Of a stretch of DNA of 64,000 nucleotides, positions 19,748-29,560 are shown piece after piece. The notes beneath the pieces were generated by a model. The model searched no databases. It was given only the letters and a program-made list of their open reading frames with translations, and was not told where the DNA came from. The position numbers and the translations under genes are program-made. The first letter of the stretch is position 1; the number at the start of each line of letters is the position of its first letter. Source of the DNA: a virus; IMG/VR virus record IMGVR_UViG_3300033143_004671, positions 23,210 through 87,209 of that record; one strand, 5' to 3'.

Positions 19748-20764
19748 ATGTCACACGAAGTTACAGTAAGGGAAGATGGAACCGCCGAGGCCGCCTACGC
19801 CCTCAAGCCTGCATGGCATGGATTGGGCACGGTCCTCGATCACACAATGGATTCAGCGGAGGCAATGAAGGTTGCTCAGTTGAACTGGGATGTGGAGCAA
19901 GAGCCACTGTACTGGCATGAGGTCAAGGATGAGATGATCGAAGGAAAGCACGTAGTAAAGAGGCATCACGTACCCGGCAGTATGGTCAACCTTCGGTCGG
20001 ACAATCACGAGGTCCTGGGCGTTGTGAGTGATACATACAAGGTGGTCCAAAACAGTGAGGCGTTCGGGTTCGTAGACGACCTGCTCCCGGATGGTATCAT
20101 CAAGTATGATTCGGTCGGATCACTCAAGGGTGGGAAGGTCGTCTGGCTCCTGGCTAAGATGCCTGAGGAGTTTGAGGTCGCAGCGGGCGATACCTTAGAA
20201 CAGTACATTCTGTTCTTGACAGCCCACGATGGCTCACACGCTGTGCAGATCATGCCAACCTCGGTCAGGGTGGTGTGCTGGAATACGTACAAGCTTGCCA
20301 CGCAGGACGCCACGAAGCGGATGCTGTCGATGAGGCACACCACAAACATCAAGGACCGCCTCGAAGAGGCGAGGCAGATGCTAATGTCCGTCAACAAGAA
20401 GTTCAATAAATACCACGAGACAGCCAGGGCACTCGCCAAGACCTCAATCGACGGCAAGAAGTTCCAGGCATTCCTCAACGTCCTAATTCCGGACGAGGAG
20501 CACATGAACAACACCCGACGTGAGAACAAGCGGCGGGCCATCGAGGAGTGCCTGCTCAGTCACGAGAACCAATTGCCTTCCATGCGAGGAACGGCATGGG
20601 CGGCCTTCAACGCAGTGACCCAGTGGGCCGATCATGACTACAACTTCCGCGAGACAAGGCAAACGTCCCGCGAGGAGAATCGCATGGCAAGTGCCCTATG
20701 GGGTTCACAGGCAAACTTCAAGAGTTCGGCACTGGCGTTAGCAACCAAGGCGTTCTTGGATTGA
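19748..20764 (+). CDS. DUF932-family (phage/plasmid) protein
   Basis: PAWHGLG, YKVVQNSEAF, GSLKGGKVVW, AHDGS, RVVCWNT, GTAWAAFNAVT. Confidence 0.9.
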   Translation: MSHEVTVREDGTAEAAYALKPAWHGLGTVLDHTMDSAEAMKVAQLNWDVEQEPLYWHEVKDEMIEGKHVVKRHHVPGSMVNLRSDNHEVLGVVSDTYKVVQNSEAFGFVDDLLPDGIIKYDSVGSLKGGKVVWLLAKMPEEFEVAAGDTLEQYILFLTAHDGSHAVQIMPTSVRVVCWNTYKLATQDATKRMLSMRHTTNIKDRLEEARQMLMSVNKKFNKYHETARALAKTSIDGKKFQAFLNVLIPDEEHMNNTRRENKRRAIEECLLSHENQLPSMRGTAWAAFNAVTQWADHDYNFRETRQTSREENRMASALWGSQANFKSSALALATKAFLD

Positions 20765-20776
20765 AGGAGATCAAAG

Positions 20777-20959
20777 ATGGAAATGACCGTGACAATCGAT
20801 CTAACCGACGGCGACGGTCGCGGAGCAGTCCTAGTCAACGATGTTCCCGTAGCAAAAGCGATGGGCGATCAGACTTGGGTGTCTTCGATGATAGCCGATG
20901 GTATCGTAAAAACACTGCAACAACTAGGGTACGATGTAAAACTAGTCCACAAGGACTAA
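20777..20959 (+). CDS. hypothetical protein
   Basis: AAGGAG RBS. Confidence 0.55.
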   Translation: MEMTVTIDLTDGDGRGAVLVNDVPVAKAMGDQTWVSSMIADGIVKTLQQLGYDVKLVHKD

Positions 20960-21057
20960 CTACGGCATGATCCCGAGGGCTCCCTTTCGGGGGAGCCCGA
21001 CGGCCTGTGCCGTATAGGACGACACAGCACGAGACCTTAGATGCAGGAGACAGACAG

Positions 21058-21651
21058 ATGAAAGCAATAGCAACAGACCACATGAGGAAACTGGCCGAAG
21101 TATTTACCGAACTATCAGAAGGGACAAGGGAGGGCTTTCACGAACCCGACGAGCAAGGTATCAAACTAGTCGCTGTGATAGGGACGACGTTGGATAACGC
21201 CTTCGGTTCTCACATCGCAGTAGACCAACTAACAGCGGGGCATCAAGAAGCCGTCGTAGTATTCGAGCGACGGGTGGGCAATGCCCGGAAGACATATCAA
21301 ATGAACCTCGCCGACCTATGTGCCCTCGCCAAGATCGGAGCGAGTCAGCTTCTGAGGTATACGATAGAGGAAACATCTATCGGCGACGCCCAGCACGAAC
21401 GCCGACGAGAGATCGTCGTGTCGTATATGCATGTGGATGGAGAAAATGGACATGTGCTAAGTCCAACAGAGCACATGAATGTCTACTCCCTAGCTAACGG
21501 ATTTGGTGACCTCGCACCAGGACAACTCAGACAAATCGACGGCGGCTACGACTGGTCTCACGTCAGGGACAGTGACGAGTTCGGCGTGCAGCGGATGTAC
21601 GATGAGTTATGCAGGATCCTCGAGGCCAAGGGTATTGAAATACCCGAATGA
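21058..21651 (+). CDS. hypothetical protein
   Basis: AGGAGACAG leader. Confidence 0.65.
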   Translation: MKAIATDHMRKLAEVFTELSEGTREGFHEPDEQGIKLVAVIGTTLDNAFGSHIAVDQLTAGHQEAVVVFERRVGNARKTYQMNLADLCALAKIGASQLLRYTIEETSIGDAQHERRREIVVSYMHVDGENGHVLSPTEHMNVYSLANGFGDLAPGQLRQIDGGYDWSHVRDSDEFGVQRMYDELCRILEAKGIEIPE

Positions 21652-21664
21652 AAGGAACAAGAGG

Positions 21665-21892
21665 ATGACAATCGAAAGTTTAATGAACGCTCTACAGCGT
21701 GCGATTGATGCTCGGCACGAGTGCAATAAAGCCCACGACGCCTACGAAGGGTACTCATGGGGATGGGCAGGTTCGCGAGTCATCAAAGCCGTAAATAAAG
21801 CCCAAGCTGATTTTGAGGAAGCACTGGTCGGGTTCATCGACGACAGAATACGAAAGGCACTTGAAAGAAAGGAACAGGAAAAAGATGACTAA
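21665..21892 (+). CDS. hypothetical protein
   Basis: RBS upstream, MTIESLMN... Confidence 0.55.
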   Translation: MTIESLMNALQRAIDARHECNKAHDAYEGYSWGWAGSRVIKAVNKAQADFEEALVGFIDDRIRKALERKEQEKDD

Positions 21893-22169
21893 GACACAGA
21901 ATCAGATAATGAGGGACCCGGACCCGTTCGATGAACTGAAGGCAGAAATCCAGGGTCTTCTAAACGCGACCAAACGAATTATCAGGACACATAGGATTGG
22001 CGCTTATAAAGCTATGGAACTTTGTAGCGCGATGCTACGGTCGTGGGACGGCCTAAAAGACCTCGAGCCAGGCAACATCGACAAGGTGGATAGCCTGATC
22101 GGCCATCTGTTAGACAGGCGGGACGCACTCGCGAAGGAACTCAGACGATTGGAAGGTAAAAACCAATGA
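21885..22169 (+). CDS. hypothetical protein
   Basis: translationally coupled ORF. Confidence 0.55.
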   Translation: MTKTQNQIMRDPDPFDELKAEIQGLLNATKRIIRTHRIGAYKAMELCSAMLRSWDGLKDLEPGNIDKVDSLIGHLLDRRDALAKELRRLEGKNQ

Positions 22170-22366
22170 GCGAAAAACGACTCGACGAAATAGTAGGGCA
22201 GTTGTTGACCGAGCACGGTCTTCCTACTGTCCTACTCGCAATGGCCAATTGGCATACAATGCAAGCGCAGCGAGCCAAGACTAAAGGGGCCTCGATACGA
22301 TTACATAAGCAGCGGACGGAGCTGCTCAACGTCAAGACTGATTTCCAGGAACAGGAGATATGGTAA
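22166..22366 (+). CDS. hypothetical protein
   Basis: ATGA overlap. Confidence 0.5.
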   Translation: MSEKRLDEIVGQLLTEHGLPTVLLAMANWHTMQAQRAKTKGASIRLHKQRTELLNVKTDFQEQEIW

Positions 22367-22510
22367 TGAAGCAGAAGCGACAGATACGTACGAGGATCGT
22401 TTCTCCCGTACGATCTCACCCGAACGATGTATTGTACGTTGGGGACGAGAAAACACGTCAGAAACGATCCTCGCAACGATTTCACGCGGACAGAAAGGAT
22501 GGTACATCGT

Positions 22511-22744
22511 ATGACTGACAAGGACAAACAGAAACCCGAGGTAACGGACGAGGGAGGCATCACCAGCAGCACCGCCCCGTCGGCGAGACGGGAGGGGGAG
22601 ACGTGGGCCGAGACGGTAAAGCGGGTGACCGGGCCCGCGATGGAACGGGCACAAGAGAGTGACACCGTGGCATCCGAACCTCTGACCGATCCGTGGGGCG
22701 AGGTGTATGACGACGGCAATGGGCAGAAAGGAGGGGAAGAATGA
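22511..22744 (+). CDS. hypothetical acidic protein
   Basis: AAAGGA RBS. Confidence 0.45.
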   Translation: MTDKDKQKPEVTDEGGITSSTAPSARREGETWAETVKRVTGPAMERAQESDTVASEPLTDPWGEVYDDGNGQKGGEE

Positions 22745-23352
22745 CGGTCACACCGAGAGACGCGGCAAATATGTTCACACACACACTAGTCGATTTCATC
22801 AACAACAAGCAGGTATTTCATCTAACCAAAAGATCAATCGAGAACATCAGAACGGAGTTAAGGCTCCGTCACGACCAAGAGGAAGACCAGGAAAACGAAA
22901 GGAAGAAGGACATGGCACAGTACATCGACATCAGTAGTCTCGTCGGACGAGGAGGAAAAAGTAGTCTAAGGTGCCCGGACGATAGGATGACTTATAGAGC
23001 ATCCATCTCTAAGGCAAAGCAAGGGGCGAATCGCAAGGTGGCCTTACGCATTGGTAAGGCCCTTATGGAGCAGTCCAGGCTCGAGGCGGGAGACAAAGTA
23101 GAACTGCTCTTCGATCCCGATACCAACAGTGGTATCATCCGACTGTCCCAAACGGGTAAAGGCCTCAGGCTCAGTCCCATTGGCAACGATGCCGAGGACA
23201 GAAAGGCAAAGCAGGGCACTTATGCTAACTGCACTATCGGATTCCAGTGGCGCAAGGAACTCGGGATACCGAAATCCGATACAACGGTTCTCTGTGTCTC
23301 CGAAGTACAAGGCTATGAAATACACTTCATCATCCCAGACGAGAAGGATTAA
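22741..23352 (+). CDS. hypothetical protein with a possible AbrB-like segment
   Basis: LRIGKALMEQSRLEAGDKVELLFD resembles a swapped-hairpin motif. Confidence 0.55.
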   Translation: MTVTPRDAANMFTHTLVDFINNKQVFHLTKRSIENIRTELRLRHDQEEDQENERKKDMAQYIDISSLVGRGGKSSLRCPDDRMTYRASISKAKQGANRKVALRIGKALMEQSRLEAGDKVELLFDPDTNSGIIRLSQTGKGLRLSPIGNDAEDRKAKQGTYANCTIGFQWRKELGIPKSDTTVLCVSEVQGYEIHFIIPDEKD

Positions 23353-23368
23353 GGGAGGAGGATCCAAT

Positions 23369-23530
23369 ATGGCGACGAAACAGGCACAAAAATCCCTCAC
23401 AACAATCATCAGCCATATCGAGACATGGCGAAGGAGGTATGCGAAAAACCTCGACCCGACGGCACGATCCAGGGAAGCCCTGAGGACCCTAAAGAGATTG
23501 CTCGTCAAGGTCGAGTCGAAAAAAGATTGA
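23369..23530 (+). CDS. small basic protein
   Basis: GGAGG RBS, MATKQAQK... Confidence 0.55.
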   Translation: MATKQAQKSLTTIISHIETWRRRYAKNLDPTARSREALRTLKRLLVKVESKKD

Positions 23531-23535
23531 GTTCC

Positions 23536-23565
23536 ATGACAGGAAACCAACGAGGCATGTATAAT
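23536..23565 (+). promoter_or_regulatory. sigma70-like promoter
   Basis: ATGACA-N18-TATAAT. Confidence 0.55.
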
Positions 23566-23673
23566 GATTATGACTGTCTCCTGGTCGATGTGCTGGTCGG
23601 TGTCGGGCGATGCACCGGCCGGCCATCGGCCGTTATATCGAGTAAGGAAAATATCGCCCACAGGAGACATCAC

Positions 23674-24306
23674 ATGGATGAATCAGTCGCCCAAGAGGTT
23701 CCCGAATTAAGTTCAGTACTCGACCTCATATACCAACAGGCCAATTTTTGCTATAGACGGCTGCCCTATCCGAAACCTCACGACGTAGAAGACCTGGAAC
23801 AGGAGGGTAAACTACTCTATGTGAGGCTTGCATCGAAGTATGATCCAAACCGTGGGGCGAAGTTCACGACTCTGTTGCACATATCCCTCGTGAATATGTA
23901 CACCGGGATTTTACAGAAAGCATGGAGGCCTCACAACCACTTCGGGCAGGTGATGGATGTGGATAATCTCGACGAGTTCAGTGAGCCGGTGGCACGGAGT
24001 GAACCGGAGACAAGACTATCGGAGATATTCCTGCTGAGGCTCAGTCGGGATGCTTATCTATTCGCAAGGGAGTTCCTACATCCAGGCGACGAGTTTATTG
24101 CCTGGCAGCTTGTCGAGTATGGCAACCTTTCCCCATCCCCCATGCGGACGAAGAAACGCCTTCGCCGATTCTTCGGGCTCACGGACAAACAGACACGAAC
24201 GATCCTCGCGGAGTTAGCCTATAAGCTATCGCGGGCATCCGTAGAGCCTGGAGTAGTCGAGGAAGAGAAAACCAAAGAAGAAAAGAACCAGGAGGAAGCC
24301 ACCTAA
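23674..24306 (+). CDS. phage sigma-70-like factor (region 2 recognisable)
   Basis: EDLEQEG...KYDPNRGAKFTT. Confidence 0.75.
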   Translation: MDESVAQEVPELSSVLDLIYQQANFCYRRLPYPKPHDVEDLEQEGKLLYVRLASKYDPNRGAKFTTLLHISLVNMYTGILQKAWRPHNHFGQVMDVDNLDEFSEPVARSEPETRLSEIFLLRLSRDAYLFAREFLHPGDEFIAWQLVEYGNLSPSPMRTKKRLRRFFGLTDKQTRTILAELAYKLSRASVEPGVVEEEKTKEEKNQEEAT

Positions 24307-24356
24307 AAGCAAAATGATGCACGAGAAAGATTGACCCCTAAGAAAGGAAGAGGGAA

Positions 24357-24851
24357 ATGAAACATATAGAAAAGAATGGCGTCCATACAATCGAGTATGA
24401 TTGTGAGTGCCCAACGTGTGAAGGCTCCGGATTGTTTGTAGGACTCGCTGAACGTGATGGTGCCGCGGTTGTCTGTAATTTATGCAGAGGTACAGGAAAG
24501 CGCCACACCAAAATCATTTGGAAGGACTTTACTGGGAAAAAGCCCAAGCTAGGAGTAAAACGAGTCTTCGCTACCAATCCAGGAATCTGTATCGGAGAGA
24601 ACAAGAAGAAAAGATTGCTCCTCACCCACTTTGGCGGTCTGTCCTATGAAGAATGGCTACGAGGTGACGAGTTTACACCAGGTACGGAGGACCGCCAGCA
24701 CACTTGTCCAGCGTGGTGGTATCAATTGGCTGACTACGACAAGAAACCGAATTGGAAAGAATGCAATTCTTTAGGTCGTACGTTTCCGCACTGTTCATCC
24801 TTCCGAAATAAAGAGAAGTGCTGGGCACGATGGGATAGAGAGAACGCCTAA
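24357..24851 (+). CDS. Cys-rich hypothetical protein with CxxCxGxG motifs
   Basis: CPTCEGSG, CNLCRGTG. Confidence 0.7.
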   Translation: MKHIEKNGVHTIEYDCECPTCEGSGLFVGLAERDGAAVVCNLCRGTGKRHTKIIWKDFTGKKPKLGVKRVFATNPGICIGENKKKRLLLTHFGGLSYEEWLRGDEFTPGTEDRQHTCPAWWYQLADYDKKPNWKECNSLGRTFPHCSSFRNKEKCWARWDRENA

Positions 24852-24876
24852 TACTGATACTTCGATATGTAAACCG

Positions 24877-24910
24877 ACCCTCCCTTAATCGGGAGGGCCT
24901 TTTTTTATTT
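24877..24910 (+). terminator. rho-independent terminator at the point of convergence
   Basis: ccctccc-ttaatc-gggaggg followed by a T-run. Confidence 0.8.
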
Positions 24911-25475
24911 ACTCAGACATAACGTGATAACCATACCGCTCAGTCTTTTGAGCTATCGAGGTAGCTAGCCTCCTGTCCACCTGATACAACTCAGACCATG
25001 TATACTGGTAGTGCAATTTACTGTTCGTATCGGTTCGGAATGAAGGGAAGATCACGTCACCCAATTCCAACCGATCACAAATCTCCAGCCATGTATCACT
25101 ACCCTCTGATATGTCCTCCACCTTATACCGCCACCTCGCTTGCTCCTCGCACAACTCGGACCACCATAACCAATACAACATCGACTTGAGCAACGGGTGC
25201 TGACCCTCCGTCATCCTCGGCACCCTGCCTAGCATATTACGCCAAAACACATCTGCCGACGCCGAGATGCTCGATATGGTATGGAGAGGACATCTCGTTT
25301 GATGCCACGCGTGGTCGAACTGGATTGGATTCACATATCGAGTCAGGTCCCACAGTATGGAACCCTCGTAACCTAACTCGAATTGACGTATTGCCAGACC
25401 GCAGTTCCTAAGCACCTTGAGCATATAGGTCGTGCCTGATCTTACGGGGGCAAAGATTCCGAGTTTGTATACCAT
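24909..25475 (-). CDS. sulfotransferase-like protein at the end of the tail operon
   Basis: APVRSGTTYM, HQTRCPLHTISS, YKVEDI. Confidence 0.7.
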   Translation of the reverse strand: MVYKLGIFAPVRSGTTYMLKVLRNCGLAIRQFELGYEGSILWDLTRYVNPIQFDHAWHQTRCPLHTISSISASADVFWRNMLGRVPRMTEGQHPLLKSMLYWLWWSELCEEQARWRYKVEDISEGSDTWLEICDRLELGDVIFPSFRTDTNSKLHYQYTWSELYQVDRRLATSIAQKTERYGYHVMSE

Positions 25476-25478
25476 CCG

Positions 25479-26225
25479 TCACCCAATAGGATCGTTCGAC
25501 GTAGGCTCCGCTATCAGGTTCCCGTCGAAGTCACTCGCTCCATACCAAGACGTACCCGCCTTATCCCACCACCCCATGAGATGTAGGCAATCATCGAATG
25601 CCATATAGCCGTCCTTGCCTCCTTCGGAGGACATTGTAACGGCAACTGTCCAGGCGTGTCCTCCACTGCGGGCTCCCCTATGTGACAAGTACTGCTTACC
25701 CGCCGCATCGGAATCCAATCTTAGCCAGTCACTGTGAGCATCTGATATGGCTATCAATGCAGTACCTTGGGCTTGCTCACTCATTACATACCGCGATACA
25801 TTAGGTACTGAAGTATCCTTTACCTCGAAGACGATCACCAACCTATCCGATTCCAAGTAATGAGTAGCATCACTCGCGACGGGCAACACCTCGGGCAGAT
25901 TGACAACAATCTCCTGAGCGTCCGATGGGAAAGTATCCTGTACGAAATCAATATCGGATATGTATGCCGTATCCGACATTGAGATTTTCTCACGTTCCAC
26001 CGCATAGTAGAATCCGGTAGCGTCCGACTCGACACCTGGCGTAGCCACCCGACCCAGCCACCATCCCTTGAAGAAATTAGCAGTGAACATGGTCAAAGAG
26101 GATGTGTGCCGTATCTTGATCGACCCGTCCGAGACGAGGCGCCGTCTGACGGCATTCACAATCTTATTCAGGTGACCCGCTGAAACAAAGTCGCCTCGAT
26201 TAAACTTATCCACAAACTCTGCCAT
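25479..26225 (-). CDS. putative tail tip protein (SD-rich)
   Basis: position after TMP; 11 SD in 248 aa. Confidence 0.6.
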   Translation of the reverse strand: MAEFVDKFNRGDFVSAGHLNKIVNAVRRRLVSDGSIKIRHTSSLTMFTANFFKGWWLGRVATPGVESDATGFYYAVEREKISMSDTAYISDIDFVQDTFPSDAQEIVVNLPEVLPVASDATHYLESDRLVIVFEVKDTSVPNVSRYVMSEQAQGTALIAISDAHSDWLRLDSDAAGKQYLSHRGARSGGHAWTVAVTMSSEGGKDGYMAFDDCLHLMGWWDKAGTSWYGASDFDGNLIAEPTSNDPIG

Positions 26226-26992
26226 TACCAGTTACTCGGATCGAGGTTTGCACTAAAGTCTCCCTTATCGTAAGGCTGACTACCACCCGAATCACTCATC
26301 GTATCGAAAGCAGGACCTCCCGCTTTGTCCTTACGCCAAAACTCATTCCAACTATTGAGGTGCTTGTAGGCAAACTTATATGTCAGTTGATATACGGTAT
26401 TCCCTGCTCCATCCGTGCCTTCATTAGCATCCAGTCCCTCGAAGAGCAAGTGACTGTCTGAATATACAAAGCCCTTGATCGTCACCGATCCGTCGTTGAC
26501 CAGGCCCTGCATACTGACCACTTGTGTCTTTGCATTTGCGTTAAACGTGTTCACCGTCCCCGTAATCGTGATCGTAGCCGCTGGGAATATCTTGACACCG
26601 CTCGCATCCTCGTCCGTGACCGCCTTGTCGTCTGATACCCACTGAAATCCCTCACCTATCGTAATAGCCTCGCCGGACGTCTGCCAATGTTCCTGCCACG
26701 TCGTCCAGTCGCTATTGACTTCCTGGCTGCTCAGCTTGCGGGTTTCCCACCCAACGGACAATTTGGCCTGATTAGGTCCACCCGAAGTGTCGTCGACGTC
26801 ACCCAACGGGGTGACACCAATACTTGTGCACCGAAGGTGACTCAGATCACTATGAGCGGATCCCATCAACTCAGAGATCGAGGTCAGCCTATCCGCCCAT
26901 GGACATTTATACTCTTCGGTCAATCCATCCTGATCGACTTGTGCGGCCCTATTATGAGCATTCCAGAGTTTAGTCAGGTCTGAGATCGCCAT
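26225..26992 (-). CDS. putative distal tail/hub protein
   Basis: immediately downstream of TMP. Confidence 0.6.
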   Translation of the reverse strand: MAISDLTKLWNAHNRAAQVDQDGLTEEYKCPWADRLTSISELMGSAHSDLSHLRCTSIGVTPLGDVDDTSGGPNQAKLSVGWETRKLSSQEVNSDWTTWQEHWQTSGEAITIGEGFQWVSDDKAVTDEDASGVKIFPAATITITGTVNTFNANAKTQVVSMQGLVNDGSVTIKGFVYSDSHLLFEGLDANEGTDGAGNTVYQLTYKFAYKHLNSWNEFWRKDKAGGPAFDTMSDSGGSQPYDKGDFSANLDPSNW

Positions 26993-29560
26993 CTAGGCTA
27001 CCATCCTTCCTGCATTGACAATGTTCTTATTCAACTTCTCGGCTTCCTTTTTAATGGCCTCCAGGTTCTTATTCGCCTTCTTCGCCTCCTTCAACTCGGG
27101 TGACATAGCGACAGACTGCAAACGCCTGAACAGATCCTGGAATCCTTCAAACCGTCCCGCACCCATTCCAGGACCGGCCATACGCTTTTGAGCTTCCGCG
27201 TTTATTTGATCCTTGAACTGATCGAATAGTTTGGGGCCCAGACGATTCTTCATTGCTTGCACCCAGGCATCGGTCTCTGCCTTGCGTCTGGCGGCGTCGG
27301 GCATTCCTGCAATCGTACCTCGCCTCAACTCCTCTAGGGCGGAGACTTGGTCTTTCATATCCGAGATCATACTACGTCCGAGTCGTCGCGAGTTTTCCTT
27401 AGCCTCCCGCTCGGCCTTAGCTACCGCAGCTTTATCGATACGTTCCTTCTCCTTAACCACTTTCTCTGAATAACGTCTAGCCGTCTCTTCCGCCTCCCTT
27501 GCCTGTTTCTCAGTCGCTTCCTGCTCTTTTAGCCTTCTTTCCTCGTCCGACTTAAATAGTGCTGCATCTAGTTCATGCTGGGCTTTTAGTTTCGCTTGGT
27601 CAGATTTCAGTTTCAGATCAGATGCTAGCCTCTCAGCCTCCGCTACCTCCTCTGGTGTCTTCCCTGCCAGCTTTCTAGAGGTAAGTAGCTTCATCTGCTT
27701 CCTATTCGCCTCCAATATTCTTTTTTGATTCTCCAACTCTTCTCTAAGACTTTTCAGTCTATCCTTCTTCTCTTTCATCCTCACTTCGCGCTGCTCTCGG
27801 GCTGCTATTCGTATCTCCTGGGCTCTTAACTGCATAGCAGGATCTGAATAAGTCTCCATCCCCATTGTAAACTTATGGATCTCTGCCAGTGCTTTTTTCT
27901 TTTCCTCCCTAACTGCTTCCTCTGCATCTCCTATAGCCTTCGCAGTCTTTTTTATGCTTATCTGTATCGTCTTTTTCTCATTAAGGAGCAGTTGCTTATT
28001 TACCTCTTCCATTGCAGCAGCCCATGACAAAGCAGCATTCACAACCCCATCAATAGCAGAAGCTAGATTTGGCAAGCTATTCGTCAAGCTCGTCTGTAAC
28101 CTAACTAGTTCCATCTCCTCCTCTACTGACCGTTCCTGTTTCTCGGTAAGTTCCCGCAGGCGTTCCATTTTTTCCCTAATGGCTGCATTCTCAATCCTCG
28201 TCGAATCCGCCGCTTGCCGATTAGCATGTGACATCTCGATAGCCTTCTCCGTCATCTCGGCTATCTTACTACCTAACTCCTCAATCGCTCCCTCCCAGTC
28301 CCTAGTTGCAATTATGGCTATACCTATAATCGCAACAAACGCACCTATCGGGTTCATCGTCAGCAAAGTCAAGGCAACAGACAGTACCTTAACAGCAGCA
28401 GCTACAGCCATAATCCGCAGGGCCCAAGCCGCTGCTGTCTCTAGAAAAGCCAGAACCGCACCAGAATTGTTCCGTATCGCGGATGCTAGATTCCCGAGAA
28501 ACTTAACCAACCCCTTTACCTGAGGCATAAGAGCCTGACCTATCGAAATAGCAGCCTCATTGAATCCCGCCTTGACTTGCTTCAATTGAAATCCGACAGT
28601 GCGCTGTATCTTTGCAAAAGCCTGTTGAGTCAAACCAGTAGAGTTAGTCTGCAATGCTAGATCTTTCGACAGGCCGGTAAGGTCCTGCATCGCCGCCGCA
28701 ACACCTTTAAGTCCTCTAACGTTTGGGAATATCTGTCCAAGCTGTTCCGCCGTCAATCCGTTCAGTCTCTCGAAGACTCCCGACAATCCCTCGGCCCTAA
28801 GGGTTGCCGTATTCAATGCGATACCATACTGATCCGCAGCTTCCACAGCCTCCTCAGTGGGAGATAGAAATGTTCGTAATGTGCCCACAACGGCCGTCAT
28901 CGCTTGGTCCGACTTGATGCCTACACGGGTGATAGTGGAGATGGAAGCGAGCAGTTCCTCCAAACTCAATCCAGAAACAGCCGCCACAGCCGCGACTTTA
29001 CCTATCGACGATCCTAATTCCTCGAATGTGATCTTGCCCCTCTTCACTGTAGCCCACAGTTTATCGGACACCTCGGCCGCTCTTTCGGCGTCCATCTGAT
29101 AAGCATTCAAGATCGTAGTAATGGCATCTGTCGATACCGCCGTACTTGTCATTCCTGCCGCCGCCGCTTTCGCGGCAACGGCCAGTACGTTCATCGCTTT
29201 CTCGGGAGCTATACTGGCAGACAGGACGTCATACAATCCCTTGGATAGTGTCCTGGTCGATTCCCCAAACTCCACTGCGAGAGCCCTGACTTGTCTCTCG
29301 AATCTCGCCATGGTTGGTCCTACGTTATCCGACAGCATGGTCGAGACGTTCGCCATCTCGGATTCAAATCTGACTGCCTGCCTCACGGCTACGGCCATGA
29401 ATCCACCAATTGCAATGAACACTCGCTTTGCAGTTCTAGACACGGCTTGCAAGTTCTCATTAGCCCCTGATAAACTTGCATGGAATCCCTTGAGTTTCAT
29501 TTGAACGGCCCGCAGGCCCTTCACGGTGAACTCGGCATACAGTTCTGCAATCTTAGCCAT
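26993..29560 (-). CDS. tape measure protein (TP901-like core)
   Basis: FESEMANVSTM, GLYDVLSA, TVKRGKITFEEL, long coiled coil. Confidence 0.93.
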   Translation of the reverse strand: MAKIAELYAEFTVKGLRAVQMKLKGFHASLSGANENLQAVSRTAKRVFIAIGGFMAVAVRQAVRFESEMANVSTMLSDNVGPTMARFERQVRALAVEFGESTRTLSKGLYDVLSASIAPEKAMNVLAVAAKAAAAGMTSTAVSTDAITTILNAYQMDAERAAEVSDKLWATVKRGKITFEELGSSIGKVAAVAAVSGLSLEELLASISTITRVGIKSDQAMTAVVGTLRTFLSPTEEAVEAADQYGIALNTATLRAEGLSGVFERLNGLTAEQLGQIFPNVRGLKGVAAAMQDLTGLSKDLALQTNSTGLTQQAFAKIQRTVGFQLKQVKAGFNEAAISIGQALMPQVKGLVKFLGNLASAIRNNSGAVLAFLETAAAWALRIMAVAAAVKVLSVALTLLTMNPIGAFVAIIGIAIIATRDWEGAIEELGSKIAEMTEKAIEMSHANRQAADSTRIENAAIREKMERLRELTEKQERSVEEEMELVRLQTSLTNSLPNLASAIDGVVNAALSWAAAMEEVNKQLLLNEKKTIQISIKKTAKAIGDAEEAVREEKKKALAEIHKFTMGMETYSDPAMQLRAQEIRIAAREQREVRMKEKKDRLKSLREELENQKRILEANRKQMKLLTSRKLAGKTPEEVAEAERLASDLKLKSDQAKLKAQHELDAALFKSDEERRLKEQEATEKQAREAEETARRYSEKVVKEKERIDKAAVAKAEREAKENSRRLGRSMISDMKDQVSALEELRRGTIAGMPDAARRKAETDAWVQAMKNRLGPKLFDQFKDQINAEAQKRMAGPGMGAGRFEGFQDLFRRLQSVAMSPELKEAKKANKNLEAIKKEAEKLNKNIVNAGRMVA

